A DNA stretch of 64,000 bases from Octopus bimaculoides (taxonomy: Eukaryota), in contig NC_068984.1 in NCBI RefSeq assembly GCF_001194135.2, forward strand, positions 14,849,193 through 14,913,192, read 5' to 3'. Position numbers and translations under genes: made by a program. Shown one piece after another: positions 36,832-50,027 of this stretch (position 1 is its first letter; every line of letters starts with the position of its first letter). The notes below the pieces were generated by a model, which was given only the letters and a program-made list of their open reading frames with translations, was not told where the DNA came from and made no database searches.

Positions 36832-36867
<36 letters not shown>

Positions 36868-36956
36868 NNNNNNNNNNNNNNNNNNNNNNNNNNNNNNNNN
36901 NNNNNNNNNNNNNNNNNNNNNNNNNNNNNNNNNNNNNNNNNNNNNNNNNATATATG

Positions 36957-37022
<66 letters not shown>

Positions 37023-38199
37023 TGTGGTGGCGCCATTATGAAAGGAATAAGTGTAGTTTGCTAGATTACTGTTAAATAAAATGTGTTCAAATATCATCTT
37101 CAATAATTTATAATGTTATTCAATAGATTAGATTATAAAAGCTATTTCTTTCTCTATGGAATTCAGTAACAACGATCGTTGCTTCTACTGATATCAACAA
37201 TAGCAGCAACATTTACGACTTCATGACCTCAGAGCCATCATTTCACCTGGTCTTTCTAGTTATGCTCAAATTTATTGTCATCTTATATTATGTATATGTG
37301 CCAAAAAAATGATGTCGCAAGAAAAATCTTTCTTTTTGGTTATATGAAACGGTTGCTTAATCACTGGAATGAAATCTTCCTAACTTAAACTATTTCACAG
37401 CTCAGTAGCTTCAATAGCAGACGTTTTTCTTTGTCCCAAAAAATTACTGTTTCAGATAGTGAATATCTGTTAGTTTTCAAAACAGACATCGAAAACCAGT
37501 GAAACGGATCCAGAAGAGGAAATTACATGAAGAAAAGCACTGACTCTATCTATCATCGATATCTATGATGATGGATAAAGCTGCTAGATATAGTAGCTAA
37601 ATCTCCTCATGTCCTTAGAAATAGGAAGGGTATATTGAATAGTGTGGTTCAAGATGCATCGTGTCTGGAAATACAAAAATGATCGCTGGATAATCACAGC
37701 TTTAGTGCTTTTTAACCATTGGCTTACAGGACCAGAGTTAAATAAGGGTTAAGCAATAACAACGACAACCCCACAATCTTAAACAAGGAAGGATACTTTG
37801 GATAATGTAGTTGCACATGCCGCTAAAAAGGCGGGATGGCCAAGGTTGAATTGCTTTGGATCAGAGATTTGGTCTATCAAACCTGATCTAAGGTCTCAAT
37901 GTCAAAATAATAATATCGACATTAATATTATTAACAACAACACTTTATCTCAAACGAGCTCATTCTTGATCTGTCAGAAATAGAAGCTCTAAATAATGCA
38001 TCTTAATTATCAAATGGCAATTTAAGAAGAGCTCCACTTGCGAAGGGGAGATAATACCAAGAAACAAGAATTCTTCAAAATTGAAATGTCATTAAGGAAA
38101 AGGACACGATTTTGATATTGTCTAGATATAAGAGGACAGTCGTGAACCGGTAATTCTACTTCAATAGCCGTCATCAGCACGACAATTTTTCCGGCCTTG

Positions 38200-39090
38200 T
38201 CTTCAGTAGCCAAGGGACTTAGATTTGTTCAAAAAAGATTAGAAAACATCTATGACCTTAGTAATTTGTATAATTTAAACGAAGATCAGCGAGTAGAAAT
38301 AACTGACTGGCCTGGTGCAATGTGTTTGATGTTCTATAGATGACTATCAAACTGTGTATTTTATCAGACTATGGCTGATGAAATTTATATACCGTGTCAT
38401 AGAATGGACGAAATTTGTTTTCCAGACTACAAAATACTCACGTGTTGGAAAAAAAACCTCTAGGTTGATTGCTTACTTGAACATTCTGTATAAGCTCTAT
38501 TAAAGTTTTTTGGATCAATATCTCCGAGATAATTACGAGCCCAACAAGATATTTACTAATCAGTCGGTATGTAAAAAGAAATGTGGGTATGTTGAACAAC
38601 TAATTAATAAAACTATGCAGCCTGAGGTTAAAGAAAAATAATTTTAAAATAAAATAATAGAATAGAGCACAACACAAACCTTGTGAGTGTGTTGCTTCAT
38701 TACAGAAAAATGTTCGACTTTCGATGCTTTTCTTCAATCGTGGTTAGACTGAAATTAGATTCTGAGCAGCCGCCGCCCTTGAAAGGATGGCAAACACCTG
38801 GTCACCATTTTTAGCACTTGAAACTGAAAACACAACGATTTGATACTACTGATCTTCTAAAAGGATTATTCCATGGAAAAAGTCTTTGTAATTATGGGTA
38901 TTTATTATATTGTTTTTGCTTTGTTTTTCTAAGTCTGGTCCTGTAAATTCAGTTATTTCTTCTACAAATGCCCACAACACAGCGATCTACAACACAAGAT
39001 CACCAATAAAAGACATAAATTGTTTGCTGGCGATCTAAAGATTTACACAGGAAATATCTCCAGTCCTAATAGTCAGATTTAATACGAATG
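38200..39090 (+). mobile_element. Very degraded APE-type LINE RT remnant (CR1/L2-like)
   Basis: KLFAGDLKIY resembles FADDxKIY; weak upstream RT motifs. Confidence 0.4.
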
Positions 39091-40023
39091 TTTTCAGCTA
39101 TATCTGGATGGCATTCAGCCAAGATATATTTGACTTAATAGTGGATATAGTGCTTCTCAAACTGAAATTGTATACATCAACGTTCTCTTTCTCTCCTCTC
39201 TCTCTCTCCTTCTCATGCTCTCTCTCTCTCTCTCCCTCTCTCTCTCTCTTTCTCTCTCATGATAAGAACTCTTCATACCAACAAAAGGCGATGTATAGAT
39301 GTTTTATCCGTAGACTTAAGAATGATGTCAACGTTAACAGACGGTGTGTCCTCGCTTGATTTTCCGACTGAAATACCGTATTAAACTTCAAAGATTATAC
39401 ATTTGCCATATAACAGCGAGAAATAGTAACAAAATGAACCTCGTGAACAAAAGACATAAGAAACCCCTTGAATGTTCGAGATATGCAAATAGAAATTGTC
39501 ATCTATGTCACATTTTTGAAGGCGACATTACATCAATATTCACGAGCTGTTTAAAAATGCTTTCAAAATATTTCTGTGACATGATATATTTGCGAAGAAA
39601 AACGATATACAATGCCATCCATTAGAAGGACCGTCTCAAATATAAAAATCCATAGTGAAGCTGTGTATATCTACACATTTCGACACAAGGATTTTTGGTG
39701 AAACATTATCAACAAAATAACTACTGACTGTAAATACAAAGAACTTCATATACGAAAAGAAGCAACAACAATCGTTAATGTAATGTTATGCAGCTCACCT
39801 GGCCAACACTATTTTTTATTTTTTACTTGTTTCAGTCGTTAGATTGCAGCCATGCTGGGGCAGCACTTGGAAGAGTTTTAAGTCGAATGAATCGACCCTA
39901 GTACTTATCTTCTGTTTTTAGCCTAGTACGAATTCTATAGCTACTTATTTTACAAGGACGTAAACATACCAACACCAGTTGTCAAGCGGTGATGGAGAAC
40001 AAGCATAAACACATAGGCACACA

Positions 40024-40059
<36 letters not shown>

Positions 40060-40062
<3 letters not shown>

Positions 40063-40365
40063 GGAGTCCCCGTCGTTAGACGACGTATGATGATTCGACA
40101 ATTTATTACTGAACAAACACACAGACGATTTGTTTATATTGATAAAATGTTTGTGTAGACATAAGCTCACTCCCTCCATAAAATCGACAGTACCTGTATA
40201 GGTGCACCGTGTGCCGCCACATGTCAGATGACGAAATGATCACAGAGCAATATGAAATGAAGTGCTTTGCCCAAGAACACAATGCAATGCTTGGTCTGAG
40301 AATGGAACCCACGTTCTCGCAATCGTGAGTGTAACACCCTAACCATTAAGCCATGTGCCTTCACA
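40060..40365 (-). mobile_element. SINE family C (third tail type)
   Basis: Revcomp TGTGAAGGCACATGGCTTAATGGTTAGGG ... TGTGTTCTTGGGCAAAGCACTTC; tail CGTCGTCTAACGACG hairpin. Confidence 0.88.
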
Positions 40366-40394
40366 ATATGTATGTGTGTCTGTATGTATGTGTA

Positions 40395-40624
40395 CAGGCT
40401 TGGTCAAAAGTCACCCGACATTAAATCAAAAGTCCATAAATACTATCCGTAATTTTGTATTGACTTGAATTGGAAAATGTGTCGTTCAAAGAAGGACTTC
40501 AGTTTGAACAATTTTCATGATGTTTCATATTTAGATGCTTTTATTAAATTCATTCAGTTATTAAACATAAATATATCTTGGAATTAAACGGTTTTGATTT
40601 ACTGTCAGGTGACTTTGGTCCAAT

Positions 40625-40628
<4 letters not shown>
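40395..40628. mobile_element. Tc1/mariner MITE, 234 bp, TA on both sides
   Basis: TIRs CAGGCTTGGTCAAAAGTCACCCGACA / revcomp TAGGATTGGACCAAAGTCACCTGACA. Confidence 0.88.
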
Positions 40629-40662
<34 letters not shown>

Positions 40663-40829
40663 AAATCCACTCACAAAGCTTTGGTCGGCTCGAGGCTATA
40701 GTAGAAGACACTAACCCAAAGTGTCACACAGCGGGACTGAGCCCAGAACCATGTGGTTGGGAAGCAAGCTTCTTACCACACAGCCACGTCTGCGCTTATA
40801 ATGAAAATTGGTGACAAAGTAACATTTCC

Positions 40830-41190
40830 ACCTTTGAGATGTGGATCTTTCGCGGGTTGCGCTGAATAAGCTAGAAAGACAAAGTAACAAACGCTGCAGT
40901 ACTAGAGAAGATGAAATTCCAAATATGCTTGTTGTCGAGAATCAAGTCCACAGAGGTTGCATATTTTGGGCATACGATGCGCCACAAGTCATTGCCCTAG
41001 AGACCATCCTGACAGAAAGAACGAAGGCAAATAGAGCAATTGGTCGTCAAAGACGTTTGCGAATTGACATCAAAGAATGGACAGGAAACAAAAGCCTGGC
41101 AGCCTGGCTGCCTGCATGCATGGTGTACAACACAGAGTGAAGTGGAGAGTCTTGGCAAGCCAAGCCCTGAACACAGGGCTGATGGCTGAT
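40830..41190 (+). mobile_element. RTE LINE 3' fragment
   Basis: IS*KDKVTNAAVLEKM...VAYFGHTMRHKSL...ETILTERTKANRAIGRQR..RIDIKEWTG. Confidence 0.85.
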
Positions 41191-42229
41191 GATCAACATT
41201 TATGGACGACTGTTTCAAAATCTACTGCTACTTTGAAACCTTTAACTTCTTTACCATGATTTTAAATTGTCTGTCTGGCTCAGGTCATTAATGTAGATTG
41301 ACTTACAAATTATAGCCATTAGTGCACTTGGGTTACTAGGTTACTAAGCAGATATGGTATCGACAGGTTCATGTCTTCTTGTGAGAGGAACTGCCATGAC
41401 CAAAACACTTAAATCTCAAAATGCTATCAAAGAATTACCTTTCTCGTGTCATGATATTTTTGTAAAGAAAATCAATATACAATGCCATCCATAGGGAAGA
41501 ATGTCTTGGGATAAATATAAAAATTCTTTTGCTCAATATTTAAGCAAAAGAAAAGGCCATTTAAACGTGCAGTCAGGAATTGTAATCTATAAGTGTCCCA
41601 GTCAAAAGATGTGCAACTTATCTAAAGGTTAGCGTCGGACTTTGTGCAGCTGATGGTGTCTAAAATTTCAATGAAATCGCTTTGTTTCTTTGTTAGAAAA
41701 CAGCTTCTTTATAGAATGAATTCAAAGAATTGTTTTTATATACATACGTGTTTATTGATTATGTTTTCTATGTGACATTACTTTAGAAAACCTACATAAA
41801 GCTATGTCCTTTTGTGTATTTCAATAACTTCATTCTACTTACATTGTGGTTTATACCGCAGACAAGGACTGCTCTCTTTTGTATGAGATCGATGCAGTCT
41901 ATCAGGGGTAAATTAGAAATATTGACAAAATACTGACCGTATCTTTTTTTGTTCTTAAATCTAGTCGCAATTCTTATGATTCCCAATCAATTACATTAAA
42001 ACTAAAGGACTTCATCAAACATAATTTGATGTACATTGATGTTATTGCTACTCTCATTTTGATTTTTTGACTCTAGGTTTAACCTTAATCGAATATACAT
42101 TTGATCAAAAGCGTTCCAGTCATAGCCATCCCGTCTAACAATATTTTTAAGACATTAGAATGGGTTTTGAAACGAAGCCCTAACTACTATTTTTAGCCGG
42201 TCGACCACGGAGAGAACCCTCGTGATTGT

Positions 42230-42410
42230 TATTTGAGAGAGAGTATTAGACAAAATGCCCTGTGGTAGTTTTACGTTTTGAGTTCAAATCTTGCCAAAGT
42301 CAGTTTTTGCCTTTCGTTCTTCTAGGGGCGAGAAAATAAAGTACTAGGGATTTACTATACTCAAATATAATCAACTATCTCCTACCTTCAAATCTGTGCC
42401 TTTATAAGCT
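42230..42410 (+). mobile_element. Degenerate SINE family A
   Basis: TTTTGAGTTCAAATCTTGCCAAAGTCAGTTTTTGCCTTTC. Confidence 0.6.
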
Positions 42411-42479
42411 TCTTTCAAATCGCTATTGTCGCATTATTGCCGTCGTCGTCATGTAGTTTTGAAGATTAACTAAGAAATC

Positions 42480-44270
42480 ATCCGGAATGCCAGTCCAGGT
42501 CGATGGATTAGCGGAATTATTTAAAAGGTCCTAGACTAAATCCGGAAGTGGGACCCTGGGGCCCTAGTTTCAGGGTCTGAAGAGTGTGGAACTACCTCTT
42601 GGCCACTATTGTTCCCAGATCTAGGAATGGTAGCACCTGTAAGGGTCTCAACTATGGGTTAACTAGCAAACCCCACTGGACCGGTAGAATGCAGTCGCTG
42701 ATTTCCCTGCGTGTCGTACGAAGCAACTAAAAGGGGCGGGAGCGAGGGGACTGAGAATCCACTCCTTCTAGAAATTTCTGCTCCTGAAAAGACAACAGGA
42801 AAAAGAAAAGGGAGTGGGAGAGGGTTAGCACCTAATCTCACCCTAGTACTAGGGTCACGGAATGTGCGTGGGTGCAATACAAGTGAGGTAAAGAGAAGAG
42901 AGATATGGATTGCGATGATGAGGAGAAGGATGATGTGATTACACACTGAGCGAAACTATGATGAAAGGTAAGGAAGAGTACCAGTTTGATGATGGGACAG
43001 GATGAGTGTCGGTAAGTGAGCGTGTGAAGAAGAGTGTCGGGAGTGGAGGGAAGTGTCTTCAAGTGGGTTAAGATGAAGTGGGGAGGATAGATGTGGGTGT
43101 TTTTAGTGCATATGTTCCAGGGAGTGATACTAGGAAGTGATCTGACACTCCTCCACCTTCACTCCTCATCACATGCACATCCACCAACCTTCCTACCACT
43201 CTCTTACCAATTGATACATAATCCATCAAGGCCCTATCCACTACTGTTCCTCCCTCCACTCTCCACCATGTGAACTTATTTTTCTCCCATTTTTTAAAAA
43301 GACTATTCCCCACCACCAACTCCTGCTCCGTACACATTTCCAACAACCTCCTTCCACTCTATTTCCGACCAGGAACTCCATATTTACCTGCTACATTTTC
43401 TACTTCCTCATTTCCTACTCGTGCATTCAAATCACCCAACACCACCACATAACCACTTTTCCCCATCCTATCCACACACTCTGTCAGTTCCATCCAGAAC
43501 TCCTCTCGGGGTAGGTTGAAGGTATGCTCAAAATGGAATGCTAGACGAGTGACAGGGAGAAGAGACGTCGTGAAGGTGAGTGAACTGGATAGGAAAGAGA
43601 TGTGTTTTAGGGTGTGATTGTGTCGACAATGTTATATGGTGCAGAGACGTGGGAGATGAGAGAGGCGGAAAAGAGGCGACTAGATGTGTTTGAGATGAGA
43701 TGTTTAGGGGCTATGGTTGGTGTGACACGGATGGACAGGATGAGGAAAGAGGAGGTGCGAAGACGAGCAGGAATGAATGAAAATCTAACAACCAAAATAG
43801 ATAGATGAATGCTGAGGCGGTTTAGCCACGTGGAGAGAATGGATGAGGAGGGAATGGTAAGAAGGGTGATGAAGGCTGAAGTGGCTGGCAGCAGAACCAG
43901 AGGCAGGCCTCGGTTTGTGTGGATGGATGGAATGAGGAAAGCTTTGGTGGTTAGAGGCGTTGTACTGAGAGAGGCAAGAGAGTTTATAAATGATAGGAAA
44001 GCCTGGAAAGCTTTTGTGGACGGATGAGTGAATTGATGTTACTCAAAGGAGTACGGAACCAGCATGATACGGGGGAGGCAAACCAGTATATGCTGTCGAG
44101 CCCCGCTGCTGATATCAGTGGAGTTAAGACAGGGTTGCATTCTATGCCTTGGCCCGAACATCGGAAGGGCTCGCCTCTTTGAGCTGGGAAATGAATGGAA
44201 TGCTTGGTGTGTGTCTTGTTGTGGCTACCCCCTTCTAAAAATATGGGGAATAGGCCTGGGTATATATATT
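42480..44270 (+). mobile_element. RTE LINE derivative: 5'UTR, APE N-half, inverted APE C-half (43129-43508), linker, RT deleted, C-terminus, 3'UTR
   Basis: LVLGSRNVRGC (+); REEFWMELTEC...VVLGDLNARVG...SDHFLV (-); GRLKVCSKW...VKVSEL (+); GVIVSTMLYGAETW...FSHVERM...RGRPRFVW (+). Confidence 0.92.
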
Positions 44271-44607
44271 TAGAATGTTGGACAAAATATTTTGAAATAG
44301 CTGTTCTGATTCTTTATTTAAATATTTTTCTGACTTACCACTGAGTTACATGTGTTAAATTTATCTGCAACTAACCAACAATTTGGTCTCTTGCAAAAAT
44401 AAAAATATGCGACAGAGGTCAACTGAAAAGCATGAAAGTTCTATAAGAAGTAGATAGCGCTTGTTAAAGACATCATCTGGGATTGTTCGTCATCTTGATG
44501 GCGTGAGGAAGGAGATTCTTTACCTTCTGAATGGTAAAGTATGTCTGGTGGATTTATCTCTAACTAATCGATAACATGGTGTCTTGAAAAAATACCTAAC
44601 GGAAGAT

Positions 44608-44992
44608 AACTACTCTTTTACTTGTTTCAGTCATTTGACTGCGGCCATGCTAGAGTACCACCTTTAGTCGAGCAAATCGACTCCAGGACTTATTCTTTGT
44701 AAGCCTAGTACCTATTCTATCGGTCCCTTTTGCCGAACCGCTAAGTTACAGGGACGTAAACACGCCAGCATCGGTTGTCAAGCGATGTTGGGGACAAACA
44801 CAGACACATACACATATATACATATATACGACGGGCTTTTTTCAGTTTCCGTCTACCAAATCCACTCACAAAGCTTTGGTAGGCCCGAGGCTATAGTAGA
44901 AGACACTTGCCCAAGGTGCCACGCAGTGGGACTGAACCAGGAACCATGTGGCTGGTAAGCAAGCTACTTACCACACAGCCACTCCTGCACCT
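44608..44992 (-). mobile_element. tRNA-derived SINE family D, intact, with a short internal CA/TA tract
   Basis: Revcomp AGGTGCAGGAGTGGCTGTGTGGTAAG ... GGTTCAGTCCC ... CCTTGGGCAAGTGTC ... GACTGAAACAAGTAAAAGAG. Confidence 0.93.
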
Positions 44993-45624
44993 ATGGAAAC
45001 CATCTTTATATTGTCCTACGAAGATTTTCTACGAGTAAAACATAGTTCTGGTCAAGGACGTTATCAGAGGTCGTTCGTCAATTTGATGATACAAGGAAGG
45101 AAAATTAGGACTGAAAATAATGCCTAAGATGAATTTGCTATGATTCAAATTAAACCTGCTTCAATGTTCTTCAGATAATTACTTCTGTGTCATTATAATT
45201 ATTTATTCTTAGTTGTAACTCTTCAGTTTTATTGTTTAACCTCTTTCGTTTTCGTGAAGCTTCAAAATCGTCATTTCGTTCTTTTTTTTTTTTTTAGTTT
45301 GTTTGTTTGTTTGAGTGATGTTTCTAGACGTCAGTGCGGATTGATGTTTAACCTGCTTTGTTTCAGTCACGTTCATAATGATCATTCACTATTGCATGAT
45401 GCAGAAGATATTTTTAAGTGCCATGTGCCAACCAGACTTCTCCAAAGCTCATGACATTCGAAGTGTCTTTTGCTTTTTTTTGTTTTACTCGGTCATTGAA
45501 AATGTTCCAGTTTCTTTCATGACACAAATGTGATATTCTCTTAGTCTTTTCCTTTCCTTTCGATTCTTTCTCACTTTGTTTTTCTGCCTATTAAACCTCC
45601 TGTGTATTTATCCCCTTCTCACTT

Positions 45625-45642
45625 TCTCCTTTTCTTTCTCCA

Positions 45643-45683
<41 letters not shown>

Positions 45684-45935
45684 TCTATTTATCTGTCTAT
45701 CTCTCTATCTATCTACCTGTCTGTCTGCCTATCTGTCTATCTCTCTATCTGCATATCTCTCTATCTTTCTCTCTCTCTCTCTCTTTATCTCTCTCTCTCT
45801 CTCTCTCTATCTATCTCTCTCTCTCTCTCTCTCTCTCTTATCTATCTATCTATCTATCTGTCTGCTGTCTGTCTATCTGTCTATCTCTCTATCTCTCTAT
45901 CTATCTGCATATTTCTCTATTTTCTCTTTTATCTA

Positions 45936-45979
<44 letters not shown>

Positions 45980-46030
45980 TATCTATCAATCTGTCTGTCT
46001 ATCTGTCTGTCTTTCACTCTATCTACCTCC
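45625..46030. repeat. (CT)n/(CTAT)n/(CTGT)n compound microsatellite
   Basis: Direct reading. Confidence 0.95.
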
Positions 46031-46488
46031 TCTCCCACGTTTAAACACAGCAAATTCATTTTCTCTTCAGCTTAAGTATCTTTCACTTTACCATTCCATC
46101 GAATTCCTCCTGCTTATAAACATTGCAAAAATGCAAGCAATTTTTCTTAAAGTCAAAACCGTAAATAAGCAGCCTTAAATTTGAACAAGACCCTTTTGCA
46201 TTCTGCCTTAATGAAAATTGTATACACTGAGTAGGCTAAATTAAATGTTTACATTGTAGCTGAATTTACGCTACCAAAACAGATTGTAACTGTTGGTTTA
46301 GCGGACAGTCAGATAACGTGTTCGCTGATTGGGCTTCTTTGAACCGTCCTTTCTTAATTGCCAGAGTCGAAGCTTTCTTTTATAATCCGCTTTAGGATAA
46401 TGATAAAAATGGCCAATTTACATTTCTTTATGTTTGTGCGTGTTTGTTTGGGCTTTGCGTATGTGCGGACGGGCGTGTGTGTTAAGGG

Positions 46489-46522
<34 letters not shown>

Positions 46523-46870
46523 NNNNNNNNNNNNNNNNNNNNNNNNNNNNNNNNNNNNNNNNNNNNNNNNNNNNNNNNNNNNNNNNNNNNNNNNNNNNNN
46601 NNNNNNNNNNNNNNNNNNNNNNNNNNNNNNNNNNNNNNNNNNNNNNNNNNNNNNNNNNNNNNNNNNNNNNNNNNNNNNNNNNNNNNNNNNNNNNNNNNNN
46701 NNNNNNNNNNNNNNNNNNNNNNNNNNNNNNNNNNNNNNNNNNNNNNNNNNNNNNNNNNNNNNNNNNNNNNNNNNNNNNNNNNNNNNNNNNNNNNNNNNNN
46801 NNNNNNNNNNNNNNNNNNNNNNNNNNNNNNNNNNNNNNNNNNNNNNNNNNNNNNNNNNNNNNNNNNNNNN

Positions 46871-47015
46871 GAGGAGGAGATGACGGAGGAGGAGGAGATG
46901 ATGGAGGAGGAGGAGATGACGGAGGAGGAGGAGATGACGGGGGAGGAGGAGATGACGGAGGAGGAGATGACGGAGGAGGAGATGACGGAGGAGGAGATGA
47001 CGGAGGAGGAGGAGG
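46871..47015. repeat. 15/18-bp GGAGGAG(GAG)ATGAC minisatellite
   Basis: About 8 tandem units next to a gap. Confidence 0.92.
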
Positions 47016-47489
47016 GGGTGAATATTAGTAGGAAAAAAAGATTGAAGATAAAATAATAAATTAATAATAAAAATAAGCATAAAAAGATTGATCGAAAGAA
47101 GAGGAAGAGATAAAGGAGAGAAAAAAATGTATAAAAGATTATAGTTGGGACAGTAACAACAACAAAAGAAAGGAGGAAAAAACAAAGAAATAATTGTGGG
47201 GCAGGCACAGAACGTTAAACTACGAATACAAGAAGAAGAAGAAGAAGAAGAAAAAGCAACTAATGGGTGCAAAATAATTGAGAGCGATAAAATAGTATGA
47301 TCCGGGAAAGAAAAGAAAAAAGAAAAAAGAAGAGTGGGAAAAGAAATTCTGAAAGAGAGTTAAATAGAAATAATAACATTTTATCGCTTATAACATCGAA
47401 AAAAATAAAATCGTTATTAGTTTGCTCATTAAAAAATATTTTACTTGTCTACCGCAAGCGGCCTTCGGTTCAGAAGGAAAATAAATCTT

Positions 47490-47509
47490 TGTGTGTGTAA
47501 GTGTTGTGT

Positions 47510-47603
<94 letters not shown>

Positions 47604-48029
47604 TTGTGTGTGTGTTTGAGAGAGTGTGTGTGTATGTAAGCGCTGTATGTATGTAAGTGTTGCATGTATGTAATTTTTGTGTAAGTGTGTGTGTGTGTGT
47701 GTGCGTGTGTGTGTATGTGTGCACGTATGTGTATGTGCATGTGTGTGTGTGTGAGTGTGTGCGTGTGTATGTATGTGTGTGTGTAATTGTGTGTAAGTGT
47801 GCACGTGTGTGTGTGTGTGTATGTGCATGTGTGTTTGTGCGTGCGTGTGTGTGCGCGCATGTGTGTATAAATGTGCGCATGTGTAAATGTGTGTGTGTGC
47901 AAGTGTGCACCTGTGTGTGTGTGTGTATGTGTTGAAATCACAACTGTCCTCTCTTTCTCACTTTTTCTCTCTCTCTCTCTCAAGCTTATCGCTCACTTTC
48001 TCTCTTTACTCCCTCTCTCTCTCTCTTTA

Positions 48030-48067
<38 letters not shown>

Positions 48068-48212
48068 TACCGTTCCTCTTTCTCTCACACACTTTCTAAG
48101 TACCTGTCTCTCTCCCTATAACTCTTTCCCTCCCCACTCATTCCATTCAGTCTTTTCCTTTCTTTCTCTCTCTCTCTCTCTTTCTTTCTCTCTCTCTCTC
48201 TTTCTCTTTCTT

Positions 48213-48247
<35 letters not shown>

Positions 48248-48430
48248 TCCTTTACTCATAAGTTCGCTTTTTCTTTTCTTTCTTTGCTCTTTTCTGATTT
48301 TTTTTTTTTTTGGTTCCTGTCCGCTTTTTTTTTCCTTCTTATGTGATATTGCTGTTAACAGTTTTGTTTTTCTGGTTATTTTCAGAGAGAGAAAAAAAAA
48401 CAAGAAAAAAAAGAAAAAAAAACAGAAAAA
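47490..48430. repeat. (GT)n, (CT)n and A/T-rich low-complexity region
   Basis: Direct reading. Confidence 0.92.
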
Positions 48431-48722
48431 AAAGAATTAAAGCAAATCAAGAGAAAAGAAAAAAAAAGAAAAAGGAGAAAGAAGAAAGAAAGAGATCGAA
48501 GGAGAGAAATATTCTGCTGGATACCTTGAGCTTGTTTATTGCTACTCAGCACTATGTTAAATGCACAATGCAATTCTATTCAAATTGGCGTCTACACAAA
48601 AAGACGAACATGAAACAAACGAAGCGAATACGAAACAAGATGTTGAGAGAAAAACAAAAAAACAAGAAAAAGAGAAGCTTAAGTAAATTGTTTGTAAGTA
48701 GAGAAAGAGAGACAGAGACAGA

Positions 48723-48783
<61 letters not shown>

Positions 48784-49033
48784 NNNNNNNNNNAAAACCA
48801 GAAAATAGAAAACGAAACAACGAAAGTTTCTAGTATTTTCTTCTCGGTGAAAGCCATGTCAGATTAAGCGGGAGGATGTTATGTTTAGATGTGTTTGAAA
48901 ATCTTTTACTTGAAGCTAAAACCAGCTTTCATATATTAAACGTTCAAATGTAAGTAACGCGTCAGTGAAGGATTAGCTATCACTGCTGTTGCAAGACTTG
49001 CTATATAGCTAGAACCGTTGCTGTTCTTTATGA

Positions 49034-49067
<34 letters not shown>

Positions 49068-49678
49068 GGTGGTGGTGGCGTTAATGCTCTAATTGTTTTG
49101 CTTTTTTTCTTTTTAATTCTTTCGTTTCCTTCTTTTCACTTTTTTTGGATTAATTTAAAAGTATTGACAATGTACTTTAGTTCACATTGCAGCGATGGTT
49201 ATTTCTCAGTCAAAATCTCTCTGTTGGCGATGTACTTTAATTGCTTTTTTGTTTTGTACTCTTTTGTTGTTTTTGTTCTTCTTCTTCTTCTTCTTCTTCT
49301 TCTCCTTTTTGCGAAAGGTGGATAGGTGGTGTGCGTTGGTCTGCAATGTGCCAACAAATCTACTTCTTTTATCAAAACAACCACCTGTCTATCATTACAG
49401 GAACTCCTCAGTATTACAATATGCGAAGCAAAAAGGAAAATTTTAAAAACGTCTTCGGAATGCCCTCTATAGTTAAATTCCAAAGCACATAACTGCTTGC
49501 CTGTACACACACACACACACACGCTCGCGTGCGCAAAACAGAAGCAGTCTTAACCATAAAATAATGCGATTTCTTTTTTGTATAAAGTATTTGTCTTGTA
49601 AATGTAGAAGATATACTCGATTCAATGTACATTAATATCTTACTGATACACATACGTACGTACAGACATACCATACAT

Positions 49679-49749
<71 letters not shown>

Positions 49750-50027
49750 NNNNNNNNNNNNNNNNNNNNNNNNNNNNNNNNNNNNNNNNNNNNNNNNNNN
49801 NNNNNNNNNNNNNNNNNNNNNNNNNNNNNNNNNNNNNNNNNNNNNNNNNNNNNNNNNNNNNNNNNNNNNNNNNNNNNNNNNNNNNNNNNNNNNNNNNNNN
49901 NNNNNNNNNNNNNNNNNNNNNNNNNNNNNNNNNNNNNNNNNNNNNNNNNNNNNNNNNNNNNNNNNNNNNNNNNNNNNNNNNNNNNNNNNNNNNNNNNNNN
50001 NNNNNNNNNNNNNNNNNNNNNNNNNNA

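Larger units (their letters stand above)
39815..40797 (-). mobile_element. SINE family D split into a 3' half (39815-40028) and a 5' half (40660-40797) by nested insertions
   Basis: Both halves align in order and orientation with the intact copy at 44608-44992. Confidence 0.8.

Noticed and set aside
37560-37900. Unique regulatory-looking sequence
   Set aside because: Pieces resemble 24370-24460, 42100-42140 and 60880-60955, so it is more likely another dispersed repeat family; its boundaries could not be defined by eye.
46358-47056. EEEMTEEEEM / GGDD repeat protein
   Set aside because: A minisatellite next to a gap, with no splice or homology support.
48889-48949. 61-nt exon candidate
   Set aside because: Good donor (GTAAGT) but a purine-rich, poor acceptor; kept only as a possible partner in a speculative model.
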